Position numbers and translations under genes: made by a program
From: an uncultured bacterium
GTDB lineage: Bacteria; Omnitrophota; Omnitrophia; Omnitrophales; Aquincolibacteriaceae
Assembly: GCA_964373045.1 (NCBI GenBank)
Contig: CAYJSI010000006.1
Location: forward strand, 878-64,877
Length of the DNA stretch: 64,000 bases
Direction of reading: 5' to 3'
Shown: positions 8,689 to 16,353 of the stretch, one piece after another
Position numbering within the stretch: the stretch's first letter is position 1
Layout of the letters: every line of letters starts with the position of its first letter
Notes under the pieces: generated by a model
What the model was told of the DNA's origin: nothing
Databases searched by the model: none
The model's input: only the letters and a program-made list of their open reading frames with translations

Positions 8689-9069
8689 ATGGAAATCCGC
8701 CAGGGGGTTGATATTACGAGCGTTCGGCGGATGAAAGAGGCGATCGAACGCCGCGGCCGGCTTTTCATCCGCCGCATCTTCACCCCCGCTGAAGAGGTTT
8801 ACTGCGAATCCAAGCGGATGAAGTATGAACACTATGCCGCCCGCTTTGCCGCTAAAGAAGCGGCCATGAAGGCCTTTGAGGTGCGGCGCGAACACCGTTA
8901 TCGCTTCCGGGAGATTGAAATTCGGCGTCGTCCCACTGGCAAGCCCACCCTTTATTTGTCGAAAACCTCTGCGAAGCGCTTCCGGCTGCCAAAAAAATGC
9001 CAGCTTGAACTTTCCTTTGCTCACGAGCGTGAGTATGCCATTGCGACCGTGCTGCTTTTGATCCCGTAG
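8689..9069 (+). CDS. acpS: Holo-[acyl-carrier-protein] synthase (4'-phosphopantetheinyl transferase)
   Basis: A ~125-aa protein with GVDI..V at the N-terminus, RFAAKEAAMKA in the middle, and GKP and SFAHEREYAIATV at the C-terminus. Confidence 0.7.
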   Translation: MEIRQGVDITSVRRMKEAIERRGRLFIRRIFTPAEEVYCESKRMKYEHYAARFAAKEAAMKAFEVRREHRYRFREIEIRRRPTGKPTLYLSKTSAKRFRLPKKCQLELSFAHEREYAIATVLLLIP

Positions 9070-9080
9070 GAGATAGAATC

Positions 9081-9866
9081 TTGAAACGTGTCCTGATTGT
9101 CAATGCGGATGACTGCAATCTCACCCACGGCGTGACCCAAGCTATCCTCGACTGCCACGATCGCGGCATCGTGACGAGCACCACATTCCTTGTGAATCTT
9201 CCGGTGGATTCCTCGACCCTCCATGCCGTCAAAAAAAGAAAATCCCTTGGGGTAGGAATCCACCTGAATATTACTCTTGATGAGCCCGTATCAGCGTCTT
9301 CTCGTGTGCGCTCCCTTTTAGGGGAGGACGGAAGATTCAAAAAAATTAAGACGCTCTTGCTGAAACCGCCGAAACCCAAAGAACTTTGGCTTGAGTACGA
9401 AAATCAAATCAAGCGCTTTAAAAAAATTTTCAATTGTATGCCGACACACCTCGACACCCACCACCATCACCACGATCATCCTTTTTTCTTTGAGGTATTT
9501 GCGGAGATTGCCAGGTGCCACCGGCTCGCGGTCCGCCGCTCGCATCCTTTTTTTCAAAAAAAGAAGCGGGAGATTCGGACCACGGATTATTTCTTTGGCA
9601 ATTTAAGCCCGGAGGGTTATTGGAGGCCGGAGACGCTTCGGACGATTTTAACGTACCTTCCCGGAGAGGTCAGCGAAATCATGTGTCACCCCGGCCGCTG
9701 CGATCGGGACTTAGAATCGATCAGCTCTTTTACCCACGGCCGCGAAGCCGAGTGGAAATTATTCGCATCCTCGGAACTAAAACGGTTCGTCCTAAAAAAC
9801 GGCATCACTTTAAGCCATTTTGGCCTGTGCTATACTTGTACATATGAAAATTTTACTCACCAATGA
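9081..9866 (+). CDS. YdjC/ChbG/HpnK-family carbohydrate deacetylase
   Basis: The N-terminal motif is VNADDCNLTHGVTQAI and the central motif is THLDTHHH. A TTG start follows an AGGAG RBS. Confidence 0.6.
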   Translation: MKRVLIVNADDCNLTHGVTQAILDCHDRGIVTSTTFLVNLPVDSSTLHAVKKRKSLGVGIHLNITLDEPVSASSRVRSLLGEDGRFKKIKTLLLKPPKPKELWLEYENQIKRFKKIFNCMPTHLDTHHHHHDHPFFFEVFAEIARCHRLAVRRSHPFFQKKKREIRTTDYFFGNLSPEGYWRPETLRTILTYLPGEVSEIMCHPGRCDRDLESISSFTHGREAEWKLFASSELKRFVLKNGITLSHFGLCYTCTYENFTHQ

Positions 9867-10614
9867 TGACGGAATTCACGCGCCGGGTTTGAAGGCCCTT
9901 GCCAAGGCCGTGCCGGAGGGGCTTGAGTTTAGAGTCGTGGCCCCAGCCAATGAAAGATCAGCCTCGAGCCACTCCATTTCTCTTGGCCAGAAACTTCGCG
10001 TGGAAGAATCTGAAGTGGAGGGTATCCGGCACTATGCCGTTTACGGGACCCCAGTTGACTGCGTGAAATTTGCTTTAAACGAAATCCTCGATTTTTCTCC
10101 GGATCTGATTGTCTCGGGGATTAACCAGGGTTCCAACACGGGGGTCAGCGTTTACTATTCCGGGACGATCTCGGCCGCGCGCGAGGGTTTTATCAATCGT
10201 GTGCCCGCGGTCGCCGTGTCGCTTGCGAGCAAAACCTTTTCTGATTTTGGAGTCAGTATCGATATCACGCGAAACCTCATTGAGGCCTACAAGGCTGGTT
10301 TGTTACCACTTCACGTCATGCTGAATGTCAATGTGCCGGCTCTTTATCCCGAAGAAATCAAGGGGATAAAAATCACCAAGCAGGCCGCCTCCCGATTTGT
10401 TGAGGAGTTTGTCTCCGAAAAGCTCGATTCGGGGAAAAAGGTCTACACCCTGGTCGGAGAGATCGAAGTCTTTGATGCCGATGGAACAAGCGATGAAGAA
10501 GCCGTGGCGGACGGCTTTATTTCGATCACCCCTCTTAAGATCGATCTTACCGATTACGGGGCCATTCCAACCTTCGAGCGGTGGCTGAATCATCAAAGAA
10601 GGGAAGACGCGTAG
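9844..10614 (+). CDS. surE: 5'/3'-nucleotidase SurE
   Basis: MKILLTNDDGIHAPGL...SGINQGSN...YSGT are canonical SurE motifs. Confidence 0.85.
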   Translation: MKILLTNDDGIHAPGLKALAKAVPEGLEFRVVAPANERSASSHSISLGQKLRVEESEVEGIRHYAVYGTPVDCVKFALNEILDFSPDLIVSGINQGSNTGVSVYYSGTISAAREGFINRVPAVAVSLASKTFSDFGVSIDITRNLIEAYKAGLLPLHVMLNVNVPALYPEEIKGIKITKQAASRFVEEFVSEKLDSGKKVYTLVGEIEVFDADGTSDEEAVADGFISITPLKIDLTDYGAIPTFERWLNHQRREDA

Positions 10615-10616
10615 CT

Positions 10617-12101
10617 ATGGCCAAGACCCATCTCAATTTTATACAAGGTCAATGGGTAAAACCCTCGGGCGGTCAATACTTTAAGGACCGTAACCCGGCG
10701 GACACGCGTGACCTCATCGGCCTTTTTCCCGAGTCTGGCCGCGAGGATGTTGAGAAGGCAGTATCGGCTGCTCAGGCCGCCTACGATGCCTGGCGTCTTA
10801 CACCTGCGCCGCGCCGAGGTGAAATTATTTTGCAGGCGGGGCTTCTCATGAAGAAACGCAAGGAGGAATTGGCACGCCTGATGACGCGCGAAATGGGAAA
10901 AGTATTAAAGGAAGCGCTGGGAGACGTTCAAGAAGCGATCGATATGGCCTATTATGTGGCCGGCGAAGGGAGGAGGCTTTTCGGCCAGACCACGACAAGC
11001 GAACTTAAAAATAAATTTGCCATGTCGGTCCGCATGCCGATCGGCGTCTGCGGGCTCATTACGCCCTGGAATTTTCCCGTCGCCATCCCCTCCTGGAAAA
11101 TTTTTCCGGCCCTCATCTGCGGGAATGCGCTTGTTTTTAAACCGGCGGAAGACACACCTTTATGCGCTGCAAAATTTGTTGAGATCTTAACCGAGGCCGG
11201 CGTTCCGGCCGGCGTGTTAAATTTAATTCACGGAGGCGCCTCGGCGGGCGAGGCCTTGGTGCGTCACCCCCGCGTCCGGCTCATTTCTTTTACGGGCTCC
11301 TGCGAAGTCGGGCGTCTTGTGGCCGAGCATTGCGGTCGCACGCTCAAGCGCTGCTCGCTTGAAATGGGCGGAAAAAATGCTCAAATCGTCATGGCAGATG
11401 CCGATTTGGACCTTGCCCTGAATGGGGCACTTTGGGGAGCCTTTGGGACGACGGGGCAGCGCTGCACCGCCACCAGCCGCATTTATCTTGAAAAGAAAAT
11501 TTTTAATGATTTTCGCCGCGTGATGATTGCCAAGGCCAAAAAAATTCGTATCGGCAATGGCCTCAAAACAGGAATCGAGATGGGGCCTCTCATTAATCAA
11601 GCTCAGCTGGAGCGGGTTCATGGTTACGTTCAAAGCGGGGTCAAGGAAGGTGCGCGCCTTGAATGCGGCGGCAAAATCAAAAAGGGTTCCGGCCTTCAAC
11701 GCGGCTTTTTCTTTGAGCCCACGATCTTTACGGAAGTCGACCCCAGTATGAAAATCATCCGTGAAGAAATTTTTGGTCCGGTGACTTGCCTGATCCCCGT
11801 GAAAAATTTAGAAGAGGCCATTCGGCAGGTGAATGACACCGCCTACGGCCTTTCCTCCTCGCTTTACTCGCGGGATATCAACCGAGCCATGAAGGCCATC
11901 CGTGATATCGAGGCCGGGATTACCTATATTAATGGTCCCACGATCGGGGCCGAGGTCCATCTTCCCTTTGGGGGAGTGAAAAACACCGGCAATGGCCATC
12001 GCGAGGCGGGGGAGACCGCTTTGGATATCTTCAGCGAATGGAAAAGTGTTTTTGTGGATTTCAGCGGGCGACTTCAAAAAGCCCAGATCGATGTCGATTA
12101 G
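10617..12101 (+). CDS. NAD(P)-dependent aldehyde dehydrogenase (succinate-semialdehyde/aldehyde DH family)
   Basis: It carries the ALDH motifs [12 protein letters not shown] and FTGS.EVG plus the catalytic residues in ELGGKNA and the GQRC Cys. An RBS precedes the ATG at 10617. Confidence 0.85.
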   Translation: MAKTHLNFIQGQWVKPSGGQYFKDRNPADTRDLIGLFPESGREDVEKAVSAAQAAYDAWRLTPAPRRGEIILQAGLLMKKRKEELARLMTREMGKVLKEALGDVQEAIDMAYYVAGEGRRLFGQTTTSELKNKFAMSVRMPIGVCGLITPWNFPVAIPSWKIFPALICGNALVFKPAEDTPLCAAKFVEILTEAGVPAGVLNLIHGGASAGEALVRHPRVRLISFTGSCEVGRLVAEHCGRTLKRCSLEMGGKNAQIVMADADLDLALNGALWGAFGTTGQRCTATSRIYLEKKIFNDFRRVMIAKAKKIRIGNGLKTGIEMGPLINQAQLERVHGYVQSGVKEGARLECGGKIKKGSGLQRGFFFEPTIFTEVDPSMKIIREEIFGPVTCLIPVKNLEEAIRQVNDTAYGLSSSLYSRDINRAMKAIRDIEAGITYINGPTIGAEVHLPFGGVKNTGNGHREAGETALDIFSEWKSVFVDFSGRLQKAQIDVD

Positions 12102-12107
12102 GTTAGC

Positions 12108-13433
12108 GTGAAACGTCCGCGAATCAGACGCCCGCTCCCGGGTCCCAAGGCCAGAAAAATCATCCGCCAGGACCGTGCCCTTCTCTCGCCTTCGTTCACT
12201 CGTTCTTATCCTCTGGTGGCTCATCGCGGCCGAGGGGTTTGGATTGAAGATCCGGACGGGAATGTCTTTCTCGATTTTACGGCGGGGATTGCCGTAACCT
12301 CCACCGGCCATTGTCACCCCGACGTCATCCGTGCGATCAAAAAACAGGCCGACAAGCTGCTCCACATGTCAGGCACGGATTTTTATTATGATGCCCAGGT
12401 GAAACTCGCCAAAAAATTAACCGAAATCACACCCGGAAAGTTTAAAAAAAGAGTTTTTCTTACGAATTCCGGCACCGAGGCCGTGGAGGCCGCCTTTAAG
12501 CTGGCGCGTTACAAGACAAAACGCGAACGCATGATCTCCTTTTTCGGGGCCTTTCACGGCAGGACCCTCGGATCACTTTCCCTTGCGGGAAGCAAGGTCC
12601 GCCAGAAGGAAAACTTTGGCTCCCTTGTCCCCGGCGTCACCCACGTCGGCTATGGCTACTGTTACCGTTGTCCCTACCACCTGGCCTATCCGGATTGCGG
12701 CATTGATTGCGTGAACTACATCGAACACACCCTCTTTAAAAGAACCGTCCCTCCCGAAGAGGTGGCCGCCATTATTGTCGAACCCATTCAAGGCGAGGGC
12801 GGATACGTGGTGCCGCCCCCGGGTTATCATCAAAGGCTGAGGGAGCTTACGCAAAAATACGGCATTCTCCTGATTGCGGATGAAGTGCAAAGCGGCATGG
12901 GCCGCACGGGAAAGATGTTTGCGATCGAACACTGGGGAGTCGAGCCCGACATTATCACGGTGGCCAAGGGGATTGCCTCAGGGCTTCCTTTGGGGGCCAT
13001 GATTGCCCGTGCCGATCTCATGGACTGGGAACCGGGGTCGCATGCCAATACCTTCGGCGGAAATCCGTTGGCATGTGCCGCGGCGCTTGAGACGATTCGT
13101 TTGCTTGAAGAGGGGCTCGTTCAAAATGCCGCGGTTGTTGGGAGTCACCTTAAAGGAAGACTTCAGGAGTTAGCGAGACAATATCCCTTGGTGGGGGATG
13201 TACGCGGCGAAGGGCTCATGATCGGAGTCGAGTTTGTGCGGAGCCGAGAAACGAAGGAGCCTGCCATTTATGAGCGCGATCAAGTCATCAAGCAAGCCTT
13301 CAAGCGCGGGCTTCTTCTTTTAGGGTGCGGTGAAAGTTCGATTCGGTTTTCTCCAGCGCTCACCGTCACAAAAAAAGAAGTGGATGTTGCCGTAGGAATT
13401 TTCGAAAAAAGTTTACGGGAAGTGAGCGCCTGA
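12108..13433 (+). CDS. Class-III PLP-dependent aminotransferase (GabT/4-aminobutyrate aminotransferase-like)
   Basis: The N-terminus aligns with GabT, and the motifs include LIADEVQSGMGRTGK and a TVAKGIASGLP Lys. The start is GTG. It follows the ALDH, a gabD-gabT-like pairing. Confidence 0.8.
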   Translation: MKRPRIRRPLPGPKARKIIRQDRALLSPSFTRSYPLVAHRGRGVWIEDPDGNVFLDFTAGIAVTSTGHCHPDVIRAIKKQADKLLHMSGTDFYYDAQVKLAKKLTEITPGKFKKRVFLTNSGTEAVEAAFKLARYKTKRERMISFFGAFHGRTLGSLSLAGSKVRQKENFGSLVPGVTHVGYGYCYRCPYHLAYPDCGIDCVNYIEHTLFKRTVPPEEVAAIIVEPIQGEGGYVVPPPGYHQRLRELTQKYGILLIADEVQSGMGRTGKMFAIEHWGVEPDIITVAKGIASGLPLGAMIARADLMDWEPGSHANTFGGNPLACAAALETIRLLEEGLVQNAAVVGSHLKGRLQELARQYPLVGDVRGEGLMIGVEFVRSRETKEPAIYERDQVIKQAFKRGLLLLGCGESSIRFSPALTVTKKEVDVAVGIFEKSLREVSA

Positions 13434-13434
13434 T

Positions 13435-13626
13435 TTATTTCGGGACGGCGCCGTCTAAGGTTTCAAAAATAATGGTCACGAGGTTGTGACACTTGGGGCA
13501 CTTGATTTGTTTGAAGGCCTGGATGTTTTCGTGCTTCGGGCGGTACATGATGGAGAGGATCTTGGTGATGAAATGGGTTTCATCCCCAGACCAATGACAA
13601 CTTGAACATGCGTAGAGCGGTTTCAC
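13435..13626 (-). CDS. Small zinc-ribbon protein (CxxC...CxxC)
   Basis: A 63-aa protein with the Cys pairs CSSCHW and CPKCHN. It is convergent with the aminotransferase. Confidence 0.3.
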   Translation of the reverse strand: MKPLYACSSCHWSGDETHFITKILSIMYRPKHENIQAFKQIKCPKCHNLVTIIFETLDGAVPK

Positions 13627-13644
13627 GGGTTTTCCTCACCTTCA

Positions 13645-14076
13645 ATGAGTTTGATCACGTATAAGACACCATCGGCTGCGGCCCCCAAAACTTTACCTCG
13701 TCTGCTCCTTCATACAGAGCCGTCGGCGGGGTTTACCCGTAGCTTTCTCGTGAATAAAAGACTCCTTGCAGGATGTTTGATGGCCTGGTTTGCCTTCTCA
13801 GGAGGGACCGTCTGGGCGGATGAATACGGCAAACTTCTTCGAAGAGACCTGCGAAGAGGAACGGTGAACCTTTTGACGTTTCCCCTCGAGATTCCGATTG
13901 CCGTTCAGGACTATCATGAACAGTCCGGCCTTCCCTTTATTCGTCACACCGTCGGGATGGCGGAGGGAATGGGGAGGAGTGTCATGCGCCTCGGAAGCGG
14001 GCTGTGTGATTTCGCCGCGGCATTTCTTCCCGGTTTACAAAAAGGAATTCCGGTCCAACCAGAAACGCTTTTCTAA
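13645..14076 (+). CDS. Hypothetical secreted/membrane protein (possible TIGR04073-like)
   Basis: A 143-aa protein with a hydrophobic N-terminal segment. I recognise no enzymatic motifs. The TIGR04073 resemblance is from memory only. Confidence 0.3.
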   Translation: MSLITYKTPSAAAPKTLPRLLLHTEPSAGFTRSFLVNKRLLAGCLMAWFAFSGGTVWADEYGKLLRRDLRRGTVNLLTFPLEIPIAVQDYHEQSGLPFIRHTVGMAEGMGRSVMRLGSGLCDFAAAFLPGLQKGIPVQPETLF

Positions 14077-14167
14077 AGTTACTTGCGGATGCGACCGAAA
14101 AAGGGCATAATAAAACAAATTCGCCTCTTTACTTTTCAACGCTGAACTTATCTGAAAGGAGTCATTC

Positions 14168-14578
14168 ATGGAACCCTATGTGAGCGGAGGAGCTGCTACA
14201 ACCCCAGCGCCAAAGGGGAAACGTTTTGCCGCAGGCGTGATTGATCTTATTATTATTCCAATTATCTTAGGCATTATCATTGGTCTCCTTCTCCTCGCCG
14301 TCCCTGAGGGGCTTCGCAGCATTATTCTGATTGTTGTCAATATCGGGTGGCTGCTTTTTCGCGATGCCGTCTATTCTCCCGGCCGCGCCATGGTCGGTTT
14401 GAAAGTCGTCAGTCTCACAGGGGACAAGGTGACCCTAGGGCAGTCCTTTATTCGGAATGTCCTTCTTATTATTCCGTTTGTCCTTGTGATTGGGTATATC
14501 GTCGAGATCGTTGCCCTATTGGCCAAAGGCCAGCGGGTGGCCGACGGCTGGGCCAAAACACAGGTTGTGCAAGCTTAA
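14168..14578 (+). CDS. RDD-family membrane protein
   Basis: RFAAGVIDLIIIPIILGII is followed by hydrophobic helices, the RDD-domain topology. Confidence 0.5.
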   Translation: MEPYVSGGAATTPAPKGKRFAAGVIDLIIIPIILGIIIGLLLLAVPEGLRSIILIVVNIGWLLFRDAVYSPGRAMVGLKVVSLTGDKVTLGQSFIRNVLLIIPFVLVIGYIVEIVALLAKGQRVADGWAKTQVVQA

Positions 14579-15670
14579 TTGACTGATTCCCCAAAACTTT
14601 CCGAGATCGTCCGTTTTTCCTTCACTAAGACTCGGGAGATTTTTTTTCCTTTCCAACTGAAACGCTGGATGCAGTGCCTTTTGGTGGTATGGCTCTGCGG
14701 GCACACCGCCTCCTTAGTTTGGAACGCCGTCATTTGGCCGCAGCCGAAGACCCCCGTTGTTTCCATGTTTGCTCCTCCTCCCATGCCCGCTTACGGCATT
14801 CCGGCCCCGGGCTTGGATGCTGCGCTGCCGGAATCTTTTATCCGAATGATGCAGGCCCCGGCGGGGGCTTCTCCGTCTCAGGAGGCGCTGCCCCTTGATT
14901 TGGCGCAAATTCAATCCACCATCCAATCGCTTACCTCTTATTTGATCCCGATTTTTTTGGCCCTGGGTTTTATTTTGGCCTGGCTCAGTTCACGTTTTGA
15001 CTTCCTCTTACTTGCATTTCTTCAGCAAAAAAAGGACTTCTCCATTCGCTCTTCCTTTTCTCAATTCAAATCCCTCGGCAACTCTTATCTTTTAAGCTCC
15101 CTCGTACTTTTTGCCGGGATTCTTGTGTTGAGCTGGCTGGTCTCGACCGGGATCGAAAAAATATCGAACGCTTTTTTTATCGTGAAGCCGATCGGGTATT
15201 TTTTTCTAACCTTACTCTCAGCCACTTCATTTCTTACGGCCTCTGTCGGAAGGGATTTTGTTCTCCCCATGATGTACCGCGATCAAATGAATTTTGTCTC
15301 GGCCTGCAGGAAATTCGTCTCGACAAAACCGCGCATTAGCAGTCTCATTCTCTATTTTATAAGTTTGTTAGGTTTGAGCTTCCTCGCTTTCTTGGTGATG
15401 GCGCTCCTTTTGGCGGTGGCGTTCCTAGTTTTGATTTTTGTTTCAATCATCACAGGTTTCACCGTGGGATTTACGGGAGTCCTCCTTCCTTTTTTGCGTG
15501 ATGCGATGCCTTTTCTCTCCGTCCTGATTTTGATTCCTTTTTTAGTGGTCGTTGTGCATGTATTATTCATGCTGCTTACGCCCATCCCCGTATTTTTTAG
15601 GATTTTCTCACTCACTTATCTGAACCGTCTCAGTCCTGAGTATGATTTATTAGGATTCCAAAAACGTTGA
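14579..15670 (+). CDS. Polytopic membrane protein of unknown function
   Basis: A 363-aa protein with several long hydrophobic helices and a Pro-rich periplasmic segment. It directly abuts the RDD gene. Confidence 0.35.
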   Translation: MTDSPKLSEIVRFSFTKTREIFFPFQLKRWMQCLLVVWLCGHTASLVWNAVIWPQPKTPVVSMFAPPPMPAYGIPAPGLDAALPESFIRMMQAPAGASPSQEALPLDLAQIQSTIQSLTSYLIPIFLALGFILAWLSSRFDFLLLAFLQQKKDFSIRSSFSQFKSLGNSYLLSSLVLFAGILVLSWLVSTGIEKISNAFFIVKPIGYFFLTLLSATSFLTASVGRDFVLPMMYRDQMNFVSACRKFVSTKPRISSLILYFISLLGLSFLAFLVMALLLAVAFLVLIFVSIITGFTVGFTGVLLPFLRDAMPFLSVLILIPFLVVVVHVLFMLLTPIPVFFRIFSLTYLNRLSPEYDLLGFQKR

Positions 15671-15775
15671 CCGTTATCTCAAGGAAAGGGTTACCCGCGT
15701 TAAGATCCATTCATGCCTGCGCATTCGGAATCCTTTCGGGCATGTGGTATCATTGAGCACAAAGGGGGAGAGCGC

Positions 15776-16171
15776 ATGCGAAAACACAGGCGGGTGACAA
15801 GGGCGCAGGCGAGAAGGGCGGCCGCGATTCCGGCGTCAGTCGATGAGTCTCTTGGTCTTTATTCCAAAATTGCCCACTTAAAATCCCGCATCGAGAAGCT
15901 TGCTGAATCCACAGTAAAGTCAGAGGAGAGGCTGCAGGATATTGAAATCCACCTCAACCTTCTAACCCGTTTAATTACAACCCTTTGTGTTGAAAAGTTT
16001 GGGATGAGAATTGGCGTCCTGAAGCGGTTGATTAAGCGCATCGAAAAAGAAGCCATTCGCGATTCGCAAATTCTCCACCTCGAGTCCCTTTACAAACTGC
16101 CCGTCCCTGAGAAGAAGAGCGGCGCACCACCCCCTCCCTCCAAAAACGACCCCTGGGAAGATATTTCCTAA
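15776..16171 (+). CDS. Hypothetical coiled-coil protein
   Basis: The ATG at 15776 follows an AAGGGGGAG RBS. The protein has a basic N-terminus and heptad-like repeats. The upstream part of the longer ORF lacks an RBS. Confidence 0.3.
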   Translation: MRKHRRVTRAQARRAAAIPASVDESLGLYSKIAHLKSRIEKLAESTVKSEERLQDIEIHLNLLTRLITTLCVEKFGMRIGVLKRLIKRIEKEAIRDSQILHLESLYKLPVPEKKSGAPPPPSKNDPWEDIS

Positions 16172-16226
16172 CTTGTTCTAAATAAATAGGTTAGGATTCC
16201 ATCTGTACGTCCGATAAACATAAGGA

Positions 16227-16254
16227 TTGCAAGCTCTTGTATTTTGATTAAAAT
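16227..16254 (+). promoter_or_regulatory. Putative promoter TTGCAA-16-TAAAAT for the topA run
   Basis: The hexamers lie in the AT-rich stretch ggattgcaagctcttgtattttgattaaaatacacacg, upstream of the structured 5' UTR. Confidence 0.3.
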
Positions 16255-16270
16255 ACACACGTTTTTTTAC

Positions 16271-16338
16271 TGTAGGGGCGGACCCAAGTGTCCGCCCCTA
16301 AACATGAGGGCCGACACACAGGTCCGCCCCTACATCAG
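16271..16338. repeat. Composite GC-rich palindromic element in the topA 5' UTR (TGTAGGGGCGGAC / GTCCGCCCCTA / GTCCGCCCCTACATCAG, mutually exclusive stems)
   Basis: A 10-bp stem, AGGGGCGGAC-ccaagt-GTCCGCCCCT, sits at 16274-16299. A second GTCCGCCCCTACA at 16322-16334 can pair with the same 5' arm. The element shares its GGCGGAC..GTCCGCC and CCCCTACAtCAG modules with the copies near 55.0 kb and 62.2 kb. Confidence 0.7.
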
Positions 16339-16353
16339 CCAGGAACATTCCTT

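Noticed and set aside
16288-16353. The ORF track extends topA upstream to an ATG at 16288 (MSAPKHEGRHTGPPLHQPGTFL).
   Set aside because: This segment lies entirely inside the GC-rich palindromic repeat element. It has no RBS, and the ThiS-like domain begins cleanly at the 16354 ATG. I treat the extension as spurious.
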